DNA of 64,000 nt. Source: Octopus bimaculoides. Its lineage: Eukaryota. The position numbers and the translations under genes are program-made. This document shows positions 11,807 through 25,954 of this stretch, one piece after another (position 1 is the first letter of the stretch; every line of letters begins with the position of its first letter). The stretch covers positions 93,588,702-93,652,701 of the forward strand of contig NC_068983.1 of NCBI RefSeq assembly GCF_001194135.2, given 5' to 3'. Under the pieces are notes generated by a model. It was not told the origin of the DNA and searched no databases. It worked only from the letters and a program-made list of their open reading frames with translations.

Positions 11807-13869
11807 AAAACAAAACAGCTATTTGATCAAGTTCCTGTGACTTATTTCTTGTCAAAGTTACTCACAGACAAAGAAATGTCTACATAGAAGTAATCTTGAG
11901 GAAGATTGTGTGTCCAACATTAAATACCTTAGCTTTCAGCTATCAATTAATTCTCAAGAAGGAGAGATATTACAAGAAAGCTGGTATCTTTGTTGGGCTG
12001 AGTTTCTACACATTTGACACTCATAAATGTACATGCTGCACTTAATACTTTTTTAATTTAATATCTTTGATGTCACAACTAATAAGGACAGCTTCTATAT
12101 CAGCTGTTAGAGACAGGAAGTAATTCTTGCAAGGGTCGCTTATGTTTACTCCTTTAGATCAGATGTCCGGAGTTAACACAGAGTGGTTGAGAGAAAGGAC
12201 AGCAATGATCTCTTATTTCTTGCTTCAGCAGAGAGACTTACTGAAACATTTAAAATGCAATAAGATCCAAATGGGTGTTAGCATTGTCACATAGTTACAA
12301 AGTATGCTTTATAATCTTGTAGTTTGTGCTAGATCCTACAGCATGGCACTCTGGTAAGTGCCTTTTACTACAACCTCAGATTGATTCAAGTCTTGTAAGT
12401 GAAATTGAGTAAATGGAAATTCTATGGAGGATGTTTTGGGCTGGTAGACAATAACAGTGGAGTAGATGTAATTTGTTACTCTGTTTAACATCAGCACTTG
12501 GCCTTTATGTGGTTTTTTGCTGAGTCCACTCTGTTACGAGCTTGGTCACTGTCTGAGTATCTCAGTATCTTGAGGTATTATTTCCTATAGCAGCAACTCA
12601 TAAGTCATGTCTTCTTCCATTTCTATCTCTAATCTCTTAGAGTTCTTGAAAATAGTTAGGGTTGCTTCCTTAGCCATCAAAAAAAAAAAAAAAAAAAGTA
12701 TGACTCATAATATAATAGTTTGAAGAAAGAATACTGCATGTATCAGCCTATTGCATGAACCAAATACTACATTTTATCTTGACTGCATAGCAGACGAGCT
12801 ATGAGTTTCCCACTAAAACAGAAATTCTAAAGCAACTCCATGGGCTATTATATTTCATGAAACACAGCTAAAGCATGCTATACCATATCACCCGAAAATG
12901 AAAAGAATTAATGTCACAGATCCATATCAAGAAGAACATTTGAATTGTCTGAGAGCTTTTCATAGATGAGTTGTTTGTATGTTCTTCAGAGATTCTGATC
13001 TTTCATGTGGGTAAACATCAAGGTTGCTCCAGATCATGTATAACACTCACCAAGAAATGTTCAAGACTTTACTCTTACCATCTTTAGTCCTCAGTCAAAT
13101 CGTCCAACCCATGCTAACATGGAAAGCGGACGTTAAATGATGATGATGATGATCTTTATAAAATGAGAGTCTTCCAGTAATGATAGAAAGCTCATCAACT
13201 ACACGAACTAGTTTACACTCATTATTTGAAACAATTTTATTACAACATGGTGTATTTGGATCTTGATGCCTTTTCTCCATATTGACTGCAAAGATATAGT
13301 CTGAAAGATAAAGTCTGAAATACTGAACTGAGTGTTTCAATGACATTATGCCAGACATCCTAAACAAAGACTGTTCACTGATTTCATTATAATTTTGACA
13401 TCCTCTAAATACTCTTTTTTAATGAACTAGGGAAAGCAAGAGTACCAGTCAAAGACAGACTCTTGTCAGATTTTTCAGGTGTTGAAATATCTAACTGGTA
13501 AGATGATTTACAGAACTGTTCTATTTAATTAAGTCAAGCTTGCTGTTTTGTGGATACCTGCATGACACACCTCTGAAGAATAAAAAAGATGAAACTGTAA
13601 TAAAGTGGATATTTCTTTTTAGTATTGGTAAGATCTAATTCTTTTTGTTAATACAGTCTACTCATAGAAAAAGTAGTTTTGTCATACTGTCATTTTTATT
13701 GTCAGCCAGTGCCAAATCTTGGAAAATCTTTTATTATCCATAGAATACACTCCAAGTTAGATATAACAAATATGATTAATTTACTGACTCTCTCATTAAT
13801 AAAAAGAATCTGATAGTAGTGAGGCATCTTTTAGTTTGCTTCTGTATTCATTTATATTTTTTGCTTTCC

Positions 13870-14340
13870 TTTCTCTGCATCAATGACCCATTCAATGGTT
13901 TCTCCAGTAGAACACATTCGTATGCAGATAATACATTCCTTCATTCCATAATAATGTTTGCACACATCACCTACACACATCATTCTCCAATGAGGATACT
14001 ATTAACATGGTCTCTGTTAACAACACCAAAACACTATCACTATACACATCAAAGTATACACCTATAACATTACACACTCTCTACACATCAGTAATTAGAA
14101 GCTCCACAACTTTAACTAAGGCTACACTTTGCAATCTTTGATGAGCTTTCATATCTACATATCAAAGTTGCATCTCAAAGTCTTCATTTTATCTTCAGGA
14201 CTTGAAAATATTTCAATCTAGATCAGTTGCAGACTTTCTATAAAGCTCAACTGAACCTATATTAGTGTATTGCTGACATATCTAAAGTAGTAGTGCTGGT
14301 ACACAAACATCACACATCAAATCTCAAAATGGACTATCTG
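13870..14340 (+). mobile_element. Degraded CR1/L2/Jockey-group LINE reverse-transcriptase fragment
   Basis: CINDPF...HSYADNTFLHS (decayed INDL...YADD) and KVASQSLHFIFRT*KYFNLDQLQTFYKAQL...YC*HI, with stops and frameshifts. Confidence 0.65.
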
Positions 14341-14526
14341 ATTGAATAAAAAAACCTTTACTCACTGAACACACTTCATTTACTACCTTATTGGTGTGTT
14401 CTGAGTCCTTTATTTTTTACATTAACTAGTTGGATGGACAGTCAACTGCTGATGTTATACCATTTATTTTATTAAAGGTTTTCATTGATGACCAGCTGCT
14501 GAAAATGTGGCGTTTTTTTTACTTAA

Positions 14527-14746
14527 CCCTTTAACATTCATATTATTCTGTCAAATGTAATACTTATTTATTCACATTGCTTTGAATTAATCATGCATTA
14601 GCTCATAGCTTTGAGATTGTAATGATATGATTGCGTATTTTTAAAATGACATTGTAAGGTAGGTGTAAGAGGCCAAGTTCTGACAGTTTGAACATAAAAC
14701 AGGTAAAATATTAGGGCCAAATATAGCTGGTTTAGATGCTAAAGCG
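14527..14746. mobile_element. piggyBac-type (TTAA) MITE, complete copy
   Basis: TTAA|ccctttaacattc ... gatgctaaagcg|ttca. Confidence 0.75.
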
Positions 14747-15009
14747 TTCAAGTTAGTTTGGTATTTGGTAAACTCATATTACCTGAAGCACAATTATGAG
14801 ATCAGACCAAGCTAGATGCTTTTACTAGAAATGATATTTCAAAAGGCAAAAACTTGGTGATAAGAGCTTTAACATAAGGGAGACAAGAGCACTTATACCT
14901 ACGTGGGTTGGTGGTATTACAGCACTTTGGTTCTTTGAAACCTAAGTTATTGCAGAACCTAGTTTTAGCTTGTGAAAGTGAGAATAAAAGTTTGAGCTAT
15001 TACACAACT

Positions 15010-15240
15010 TTTAATTCTACTTTTCTTTCAATCTTTCCAAGAACTATAACTTGATTCATATCTTTCTCTTCATTACTCTAGAGAATAATCTTAATTCTTT
15101 CAACCTATTACAGCAGTACAGCTGTTGCATAGTATCAATATTCTTCATGCATGTCTGTTAGATTGCCTCTTGGTCATTAGTGAACTTGATACTGTAGAGA
15201 CCATAGTTCATAGCAGTAGTCGAGATAACTGAAAACAACT
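15010..15240 (-). mobile_element. Degraded CR1/L2-like LINE ORF2 C-terminal fragment
   Basis: Minus strand VVFSYLDYCYELWSL ... RLKELRLFS ... LE**RERY...WK matches the LDYC..LWSP / RLKELxLxSLERRRER pattern, with frameshifts. Confidence 0.65.
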
Positions 15241-15382
15241 GGCTTTAAGATCAACATGACTTTTTCTTCTCTTCAAAATGTTCTTAGGAATAATCCTACA
15301 AGTCGTCTGCACAGTGGTTCTATTTTGGTAATTATAATTTGAAGAGTAATTATTGTATTCAGTCTGATCTCTTCATTTCTAG

Positions 15383-15472
15383 ATGTCAGAGAGAAAATTA
15401 ACTTGTCTTTTGGTTCTCTTCATTATTCCAAGATTCTGCTTAACATTGCTGTTTCCAAATATCTGTATCATG
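15383..15472 (+). other. Unassigned exon-like segment (see findings)
   Basis: tctcttcatttctAG|...catg|GTatgg; 90 nt, open in two frames (DVREKINLSFGSLHYSKILLNIAVSKYLYH). No recognisable homology. Confidence 0.2.
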
Positions 15473-15777
15473 GTATGGAACTAACAACATATACAAAACA
15501 TGTGAAGAAAACATTCTACAAGATTCTCTAGAATGTGTATTGAGCACTTTGGTGTTTTACTCTCTCTCACACACACACATACATGCTTATTCTGATTGAA
15601 TCTTCCATGCATTAACACGTACCTCCTTGCAGCAATGTAAACTTTCATTTAATCATGATATCCTTGACCTGAAGAGTAGCCTGTGGTATACACCTTGCCT
15701 GGATATTTTCCACTTCTGAGGTTCTGTTCACTTTGAAATATATGTAGCCTGGATCTTATCTACTCCATTCTGTAACT

Positions 15778-15812
<35 letters not shown>

Positions 15813-17913
15813 NNNNNNNNNNNNNNNNNNNNNNNNNNNNNNNNNNNNNNNNNNNNNNNNNNNNNNNNNNNNNNNNNNNNNNNNNNNNNNNNNNNNNNNN
15901 NNNNNNNNNNNNNNNNNNNNNNNNNNNNNNNNNNNNNNNNNNNNNNNNNNNNNNNNNNNNNNNNNNNNNNNNNNNNNNNNNNNNNNNNNNNNNNNNNNNN
16001 NNNNNNNNNNNNNNNNNNNNNNNNNNNNNNNNNNNNNNNNNNNNNNNNNNNNNNNNNNNNNNNNNNNNNNNNNNNNNNNNNTTTACGCCCCCGTAACTTA
16101 ACGGTTCGGCAAAAGAGACCGATAGAATAAGTACTAGGCTTCCAAAGAATAAGTCCTGGGGTCGATTTGCTTGACTAAAGGCAGTGCTCCAGCATGGCCA
16201 CAGTCAAATGACTGAAACAAGTAAAAGAGTAAAAGAGATACATGTATATGTGTGTGTGTGTGTGTATGCATGTATGTATATTATCATCATTATTTTACGT
16301 CCACCTTCCATACTGGCATGAGTTGAACAGTTTGTTAGGATCCAAGATGTTACATGACTACATATCATGCTTTGATGTCTTAGATTTGTTGTGGATTTTT
16401 ATGGCTGGATGCCCTTCCTTCCTAATGCCAGCTACTTTATAGTGTTCTTGGTACCTTTTTCATGATACCAGCATTATATATATATATAAAAGTACATATA
16501 ACATTTTACTTTATAAATCAGATCTCAAACTGAATGTTTACAAGAGTATATTGGTTTCAAATTTTGGTAAAGGCTAGCAATTTCGGGGAAGGGGTTAAGT
16601 CGATTACATCAACTCCAGTGCTCAGCTGGTACTTATTTTTGTGACCCCAAAAGGATGAAAAGCAAAGTCAGCCTCTGCAGAATTTGAACTCAGAACATAA
16701 AGACAGGTGAAATACCACTAAGCATTTTGCCCATCATATAAATGGTTCTGCCTGCTCACTGCCTTATGACCATGTTAATATTAAATCCTAGCCATTAATT
16801 CATAATATAAATGGTATCTTTTACAATATTTTGAGATAAGGTATTGAAGGATTATTTATATGGGAATGGTAATATTATAGTTTATTTGGTTTTAGTTTTT
16901 TGCTTTTTATTTATTAAATAGATTTGTGTAATGTTCTTGGATTAAAATTATTTCTTCATGTATGGAGATTCTTACTGTAGAGTCGGATGAACATGAGAAA
17001 GTGAGGATTTATAAATCTATGATTTATAAATCATAGATACCCATTTAGGTAAAATATATCTCTTTTCTTCCTCCTACTTCAGAGTTGACTAGCAATAACA
17101 CACTGAAATTTTTGAAGTATAGCTTTATGTATGTTTCTGTATTGAAGTTGAGGCAGTATCTTGGTTTATGGCAGCAGCTATGTTATATAGACACATGCAT
17201 GGTTGTGTGGTTAAAAAGCTTGCTTCCCAACTATGAAGACTAAGGTTCACTCCCCCTGCATGGTAGCTTGGGAAAGCACCTTATACTAAAGCCCTGGGCT
17301 GATCAAAACCTTGTGAGTGAATTTGGTAGATGGAAACTGAAAGAAGTCTGTTGTGTGTGTGGGTGAGTGTGTGCACACACGTGTGTGTCTTAATATTTGA
17401 CAACTGGTGTTGGTTAGTTTATGTCCCTGTAACTTAGTAGTTTGGTAAAATAGACTGATAGAATAAGTACAAGACAGATTTAGAAATGAGTCAATTTGTT
17501 CAACGAAACCCTTCAAGGTGGTACCCCAGCATTGCTGCAGTTCAATGACTGAAACAAGTAAAAGATAATGTATCTTGATTATATGTTTGATATTCAGTAT
17601 GACAAGCTTAGAGAAGTGGAAAAACATGGCAGGTAACTGGACTTGTATTTATTTACATTCCTTTCCATTCAAATCCTGTTCAAACCAGTTTTTGTTTTCA
17701 TCTTTTTGGGGTTGATAAAATAATTATAGGTCAATCTCTGAGATTGATTCAATCAGCTACATGCTTCATTTTATATGTATACCTTTGTGTGACTGTTAGT
17801 CATCAGTATTCAATAGAATCTGACATTTATAGCATATGCAGATCTCATGGCTTTCTATTTTTTTTTTTGTTCCTATCAAAGAATCTAACTCTGTGATTAT
17901 ATTTCATCTACAG

Positions 17914-18225
17914 CAGTGGTTCTCAATCAGGGTCCATATGACCCCTGGAGGCTTATATAAGATTTTGTGGTGGGGTCCACACAAGCAAAGTAGTAAATTA
18001 GGAATCCACAGTAATATATTAAGAACCCATAGAACGATTTCACATTAGATGTATTTATTGCAAAAACCAGCTTGGTTTCTTTCTCTAATGTTTTACGTAG
18101 TTCATCTTACATGAGTGAATGCATGAAATTTTGAGAGAAGTTAATGAAGTATCTATAAAGTTAGTATCTAAACTTCAAGTAGCAATGGGCGTCCATCAGA
18201 GTAAAATAGTAACCAAAGAGGTTCG
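17914..18225. mobile_element. hAT-type MITE, right end truncated by a SINE
   Basis: Starts cagtggttctcaatcagggtccatatgacccctgg, homologous to the complete copy at 60952-61341. Confidence 0.65.
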
Positions 18226-18399
18226 TAGGCACAGGTGTAGCTGTGTTGTAAGAAGCCTGCTTTCCAAACACACAGTTCCAGGTTCAGTTCCACTGTGTGG
18301 CACCTTGTGCTATTTTTTTATACTATAGCCTTGTGAGTGGATTTCATAGACAGAAACTGAAAGAATCCTGCCCTATATATATATATATATGAGTCAGCA

Positions 18400-18755
18400 G
18401 TGGAGGTGGATGCTCCAAAAGTGTAGATAGGTCGGGCAAAGTTCAGAGAGCTTCCATCTTTGTTGGTAACAAAGGGCCTCTCCCTCAAAGTGAAAGGCAG
18501 ACTGTATGATGCCTCTGTGTGAACAGCAATACTACATGGCAGTGAAACATGGGTTGTAACTGCAGAGGAAATGTGAAGGCTTGAAAGAAACAAAGCTAGT
18601 ATGCTTCGCTGGATATGCAGTGTCTGTGTGCATATATGACGTAAATACCAAGCCAAATCAGACTGCAACCTGGTACAGCTGTTTGACTTGCCAGTTCCAG
18701 TCAAACCATCTAACCCATGCCAACATGGAAAGCAGACACTAAATGATGATGATGA
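18400..18755 (+). mobile_element. RTE LINE fragment with 3' tail inserted into the central microsatellite of a family-A SINE (18225-18985)
   Basis: GRAKFRELPSLLVTKGLSLKVKGRLYDASV*TAILHGSETWVVTAEEM*RLERNKASMLRWIC, then the RTE 3' end and (GAT)n. SINE head lies 5' and SINE tail 3'. Confidence 0.8.
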
Positions 18756-21700
18756 TGTGTGTGTGTCTTTGTGTCTGTGTTTGTCCCCCCACTACAGCTT
18801 GATAACTGGTTTTGGTGTGTTTATGTCCTTGTAACCTAGCAGTTTGGCAAAAAGAAACCGATAGAATTATCAACAGGCTTAACAAAAATAAGTACTGGGG
18901 TCTAGTCATTCAATTAAAAGTTCTTCGAGGTGGTGCCCCAGTCTGGCTACTGTCTAATGAGTGAAACAAATATAAGATAGGTAAAAAAAAATGGGTGCAA
19001 AAATTTTGGAGAAAAGTCACTAAAATTTAAATCAGCATTGTTATTTTAATATTCATTTTCCTATGTTGTCATTTGCAGAACAGATGTACTGTATGGAATA
19101 TCACTAATCAGCTGACTCGTAGTTTCTTCTTTGAAGCCCAGTATCCTAAGATTGAATTTCACCACTTCTTTCTAACTGTTCCTTTTACACAAGTACCTTT
19201 GATCATCAGTTCACAACACTTTTCTCCCCACTGTCATCATACATTTACATTACATGTTTCTATCAGTAAGTTCATCTCTGCTATATACATCAATTGATAT
19301 CTTTAAATCCCACCCGTTCTCTCATCTCTCTCTTACACTCAGCCTTTTATACTTCTCTCATTTCTCTTCAGTTTCCACTGACCAAAGGCCATCATTATAT
19401 TATTCACGGTGTTTCTAGGAGGAAAAGTGTTCTTTTAATTTAATATGTAGTTGATGATGATGATTTAACTATCACTAATTTGTTAGAAAAAATTGATGTA
19501 TACATAAATGATCTTTTATTAACAGGTATATTAAAGACCATTTAAGATTCAGGAAACATTAGTACACCTTAATATCTTTGTGATCATTGACTTATACATA
19601 CAGCAAGGCTGTATGTACAAGCTTCCCAACAATGTGGTCTTGAATTCAATATCACTGTGTGACACCCTGAGCAAGTGTCCTGTACTATAGCTTTGGGCCA
19701 ACTGAAACTGTGAGTGGATTTGGTAGATGGAAACTGAAAGAAGCCTGTGTGCACGTGCGTGTGTGTGTGTATACGCATGTGTGTGTGTGTGTGTGTTTGT
19801 GTTTTGGTTCTATTTGTGCCGCACCACCTCTTGCCATAACTTAGTGGTTCGGCAATAACTGACAGATAGAATAAGTACCAGATTTAAAATATAAGTGCTG
19901 GGGTTGATTTGTTCAACTAAATCCTTCAAGTTTAATGACTGATAAAAGTAACATAAACTGGTTAAGGCTGAACACTTTTAACAAGGGATGGGAGCATAAG
20001 AGATTATTCAGTTGAAAAGGAAACTTTTCACTGGTTAAAAGACTTTTAAAAAAAAAAACAAATTGTACATTAGGCACAGGAAGGCTGTGTGGTAAGAAGC
20101 TTGCTTCCCAACTACATAGTTCCAGGTTCAGTCTCATTGGGTGGCACCTTGGGCAAGTGTCTTCTACTATAGCCTCAGGCTGACCAAAGCCTTGTGAGTG
20201 GATTTGGTAGACGGAAACTGAAGGAAGCCTGTTGTATATATATGTATGTAGTTGTGTATCATCACTTTTCAAATAAAGTTAGTGTGTTTATGTCCCCGTA
20301 ATTTAATGGTTCGACAAAAGAGACCAATAGAAAAAGTACTAGGCTTACAAAGAATAAGTCCTAGGGTTGATTTCTTTGACTAAAAGCCCTTTAAGGCAAT
20401 GCTCCAGCATGACTGCAGTCAAATGACTGAAACAAGTAGAGGAATAAAAGAATAAAGCTGAACATTTTCTATGTGGGACTTGAGATGATTTAATTGGCGA
20501 GGAAACTATTCACCGGTTAAAAAGACTTTTTTTAAAGAAAAAAAATTGTACATTTGGACAAAACTAATGTAAAATCAAGACCAGAATTCATAAACCTGAT
20601 AGTTAGAGCAGAAAACTCCTGTCTTGATCTTAATAACAAACCAATAGACACTGTGTATGTTGTAGATAAAATTTTACATCTGAGGTTGCAAGGCTTGAGT
20701 GCTTATTATAGAGCTTCAAAGAACATGGGAATATAGATGAAAAAATGTTATGAATCATTGGTTTAGAACAAAGGCAAAATACTTAATCTACTGTAGCATT
20801 ATGTTGCAGGGGTTCATCATCATCATCATCATCATCCTCACCACCACCACTTTCACCATCACCATCACTACCACCACCACCATCATTATCATCCTTTTAT
20901 CAGCTTTTCCATGCTGGTGTGGGCTACTCAGCCCAGAGGTGATTAGCTGCTATATCAGTTGAAAAGTACCCACATACATATTATTTAAATAATTGCTCAT
21001 TTGAAAGCAAACCAAACTTGGCACTGTTTTATCTTTAGTATTGTGGGAGGAATTATGTTTATTGCATGAATTGCTATAATTTGTGTTTGCTATGTTTGTT
21101 GGTTTAAACCAGCTCATTTGAGTTCTCTTCTTGCTTGTAATTCTCTTCATTCTCAAAAGTGAAAGATGTGAGTGCCTCTCACACAGAATCTCAGATTCTC
21201 TATTGCCATTCTACATGTATTTGAATAAAATATCAACAATTCAAGAACATTTACTTGGACTTCAAACACCTTATCAATCATGATCACATTTCTGAAATAT
21301 TCACCTATAACTATAATTATTGTGACAAACCTTTCATTTCGCTTTCCTTTCCAGCATGATCTATTTATTTTCACAAGACTGTTTAAAGTCAAGCTAAAAC
21401 TCTATCAAACACATTTTTCTTTTTAGTGGGGAGGGGTTTAATATACATGAAGTTAACTTTTTTTACTGCTTTCATGGTTGATAGTGCAAAATATAACTTA
21501 AAAGACAAGCAAATTCTCCTGGGAAACATATTTTAAGATGTTAACAGAATTTTTGTCTTCTGTAGCACAATGTATTTGGAAAGACTTCATTCAATTGATG
21601 CTTCTTTGATTTTGGACTATTTTTCTCATCTCTACTGTTCATTATCATAGATTCTGATACAATGTTTTGATTACTTGTTTGATTACTTGATATTTCCTGA

Positions 21701-24561
21701 GATAGGCTAGGGATTTGACATGGAGCCTTCATTTAACTACTGAATCTGCCAATGAAGAAATTAGTCTGGAATCAAACATCAGTGTAAACAAGTTGTCTCA
21801 AAAGAATACAGACAACTTCATTAAGTTTTACTCTAGATGAGATAAAGACGAGCAACTTCAGTTTAGATTTGTCTCAGAGCATGTGACTATAACAGCAATA
21901 CTTTGAATCAGAAAAATCATCAGGAAGCTAATGATTCTTAAGAGGCCCAGTTTATATTAAATATAACAAATTTTTCAATAGCCACCAGATTTTTTTATGT
22001 TATGCTATTGTTACTGTCTTCAAATTACATATTTCTATTCAATGTACATCTAACATCTCAGTCTAGTGTCATAAAAAAACACCTATTCACAGTTCCTCAG
22101 ATACAAGTGCAAATCAATACAAACCATATATATCTGCAAATTAGAATCTTGGTTTGAACTATAGTTTAACAGTAATGCTAATGCTAAACAAATCCTGTAT
22201 TACACTATGTATCAGCAATACTGAAGAGAATTGTTTTATGACTCACACCTATTTCTCATTTAATAAAACAAACATTCTCCAACCACAGAGAAGACCCAAA
22301 TCCTGTGTATCAAATACACCCACTTACCTTCAATGTCTTTCAGAACATTAATTAAATAAAAATGTAATGAAACTCATTGTATGAACTCACTGGAACAACA
22401 TTGAAATAAAACATGCAAGCAGTAACACTTGTTTACAAACCAGACAGAAATAATTACAAAGTCTTCTGAGGTAGCACAGCTTGCAATATAACATAGAATA
22501 CACCAGTCACATCTGTGAATCACCTGTAATTGCAAAAGAAAAATACTGAAAGGTGCTTGGGTTAGTGAAAAGTACATTTTATGGCTACAGTCTGTACCAA
22601 ATCACTTGTCCCTGCAACTATATACCCCACCACCCACAAACACCTTCACATATCAGAATCAGTTGAAAGCAGGAGTACAACTCCAGACTGAAATAATTAT
22701 ATCTCCTACTTGATTCATACTCATACCAAAGTTAACTTATTTTGCTCAGATTCTGAACCAGACTACCAACCATCCCTAATAAATTCTGAGGTTTAAGCAC
22801 TGAAACACTGACTAAGTCACCTTACCCACCTTCATTGCTGCTGTTTATCAATACATTTTGAACAAGCATGATGATGTTCAGTAAAATATGTACAACATAC
22901 TATTGTGACATACTGTTCACTTTACAACCAACTTCCCAACAAAGTAGCCTTAGATGAGAACAAAGCATACAAAGAATATTGGTCTGTGGGTTGAGTTCAA
23001 GTAAGTCTGTGTTATTGGTCTACTTGGGTAGAGATGAACCCCACTCCCTACTCAACAAGAATTTTGAAAGTCATTATATTTCATCCTGTGTAACTTGAGA
23101 ACCTATTTGACATACTGCTCAAATTGTGAATTCAGACTGGGTAATGGTTACATCTAATTCATTTTATGAGGTGCATTGATTGTGTTCTTGTTATAGGTTA
23201 CAATATACCATATTAGCTTAGAACCAATAAAATATCTATCATAAGTGAGAACACTCTTCCTTCATATCTGAGTCACCTATACCTCATTCTGTCGTTGCAA
23301 ACAAAATAATACTACTCTTATATTTAATAAGCTGGTAAAAGGATCTTTGCAGGTTGCTATAAACTAGTGGAATTGATATTACTGATGTTCACCCTTAAAA
23401 TATGTTGGTTAGTGTCTCAAAAAATATGGACAGGGAAGGAATTCCAGATGGTTGTATTTCTGAGAAGGAAAGACTCAATGAAGTGTTTAATCTGGGATCT
23501 GGGATGTGAGGCATAATAAAGGTGATGGGTTGGTCACATGGGCTTGAGATTCTGACTCAGTTATGCATATATTGATAACCACAACAATTTAATCACATTA
23601 AGAATTTTCATTCTCTAGAAAACGATTTTTTTCCATTTTTTTTTTTTTTGTCTGGGGAGCATGAATTAGTGCCATAACCTTTGCAAGTCCTCTCATTCTG
23701 CTGAGGAAATCATTCTGGTTGAAAGATTTCAAAACAGTAAGACATGAAAGAGCAGTGACCATGGCTTTTGCAAACCCTCTGAGACTGATGAAATTGATAC
23801 AATTTATGCTACTGCTTGGATAACTTCTGCAGGTCGATGTTTTACTAAAAAAGGTGAGCAATAATGAAGTCTTGGAAATTTGCAGTTCTGAAGAAGAATT
23901 TATTGTAGTATTTAGTTTAGATTTTGGGGTCAATGAAACAATAATGATGAGAGATACATTAATATAATAATATACAACTTGTTAGTTTAGAAGAGCCAGA
24001 ATCATTGTTTTAACTGTAGAAGAGATTGTGAGAAAGTTTAGAGCATTTGTGATTTAGTAACTCTAGTGTGTTGGTGTATGAATCTTTACTATTCAGTCAG
24101 ATAATTTGAAAATATCTTGCAGTGACACTGACTGTTCATTCATTTAAATAAATCTACGTCTATCTTCATTTTATTTTTGGATTTTGATAGCTTTTAATCC
24201 CCAGTGTCTTGACAAGTGTTGCTGAGAAAAGCAGCCAGATATATTGCATTAATGTCAAAAACACTTAACAGAAGGACAATCCTTTTTCAAAACTATGTTA
24301 TTATGTAGATCTTCACTTGCTTATTTCCACCAATTACTATACTTTGAAATTTCACATGAAATAACTAATCTAATTTCCTTCCTTGTCCTATGTTTCTACT
24401 AAAAATTCTTTATATTCTTATAGGCAACAGTTAAAAAAAATACCTAGATATTATATAGAGATTATTACTGCTGGACAACTGTTCCGTGAAAAAGAAAATA
24501 GTATAGACAAGCAAAGAAATGTACAGGATTTTCTGTTAATCTTGCGTTATGCATACACACA

Positions 24562-24600
<39 letters not shown>

Positions 24601-25312
24601 ACAAATATACATGCACGTGCACACACATATATGCACACACACACACACAGAGTATAAGATAAAGAAAATGAAGAATGCAATCGCAATCTTAACTTTTCTT
24701 AGATCAGATAATCAGAAAAGATAGGATCAGAGCCTGTGACCTATGCAAACCCTATGAGACTGCTGAGATTGATGTTGTTGTTGATTACCTTGAATATTTG
24801 TAGGTCAGTATCTGCAGGGGATAAAATGTGGTTGGAGATAGAGAAGATGTGTCATGGCTCTTGAAGTAAATCAAAAACATAATCATTGTCTATTTTACCC
24901 CATGCTGGTATGGGCTGATTAAAGTTTGTTCAGATGATATTCTACAGCTGGCTGTCTTTCTTGATGCCATTTTATTTATATTGTTTTCAAGTAAGATATG
25001 TTATTCTGTGACTGTCAGATGATTTGCATATATTGAATATAAACATTACCAGTAAGTGCAGTCAATGCAAAGACATGTGGAAATAAATACATCAATGCAC
25101 ACACACACATACCCTACATACATTCCTGAACATACATGCACACACATGCATACATTCTCTCTCTCTCTCTCTCTCTCATTGTAAGTGTATGATTTCTAAT
25201 GTTAATACATTTTTATTTTACCATACACTTTCCACTTTTTGTGCTCTCTACCTGCTGCCTATTGCTTGACACTTACTAACTTCCTACACTTAGAACCCTG
25301 GATTATACTTAT

Positions 25313-25383
<71 letters not shown>

Positions 25384-25954
25384 NNNNNNNNNNNNNNNNN
25401 NNNNNNNNNNNNNNNNNNNNNNNNNNNNNNNNNNNNNNNNNNNNNNNNNNNNNNNNNNNNNNNNNNNNNNNNNNNNNNNNNNNNNNNNNNNNNNNNNNNN
25501 NNNNNNNNNNNNNNNNNNNNNNNNNNNNNNNNNNNNNNNNNNNNNNNNNNNNNNNNNNNNNNNNNNNNNNNNNNNNNNNNNNNNNNNNNNNNNNNNNNNN
25601 NNNNNNNNNNNNNNNNNNNNNNNNNNNNNNNNNNNNNNNNNNNNNNNNNNNNNNNNNNNNNNNNNNNNNNNNNNNNNNNNNNNNNNNNNNNNNNNNNNNN
25701 NNNNNNNNNNNNNNNNNNNNNNNNNNNNNNNNNNNNNNNNNNNNNNNNNNNNNNNNNNNNNNNNNNNNNNNNNNNNNNNNNNNNNNNNNNNNNNNNNNNN
25801 NNNNNNNNNNNNNNNNNNNNNNNNNNNNNNNNNNNNNNNNNNNNNNNNNNNNNNNNNNNNNNNNNNNNNNNNNNNNNNNNNNNNNNNNNNNNNNNNNNNN
25901 ATATATATATACATATACGTGTGTGTGTGTGTGTGTGTGTGGATATATATATAT

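Noticed and set aside
13563-13600. CTGAAGA...GAAAC spacing resembling another hammerhead
   Set aside because: No credible stem I or stem II.
20960-21150. TM-like frame FIFSIVGGIMFIA*IAIICVCYVCWFK with an in-frame TGA and a donor at about 21168
   Set aside because: T-rich DNA gives hydrophobic translations by default; upstream stop, no acceptor in frame, no homology.
21560-21650. LDYFSHLY resembles the end of the TMEM245 N-terminal exon (LDYFSSLW)
   Set aside because: No phase-0 donor follows, a stop comes four codons later, and the upstream residues do not match.
22388-22524. Minus-strand exon-like segment (VIHRCDWCILCYIASC...) with good acceptor and GTGAGT donor
   Set aside because: No partner exon, no homology; kept only as possible antisense non-coding splicing.
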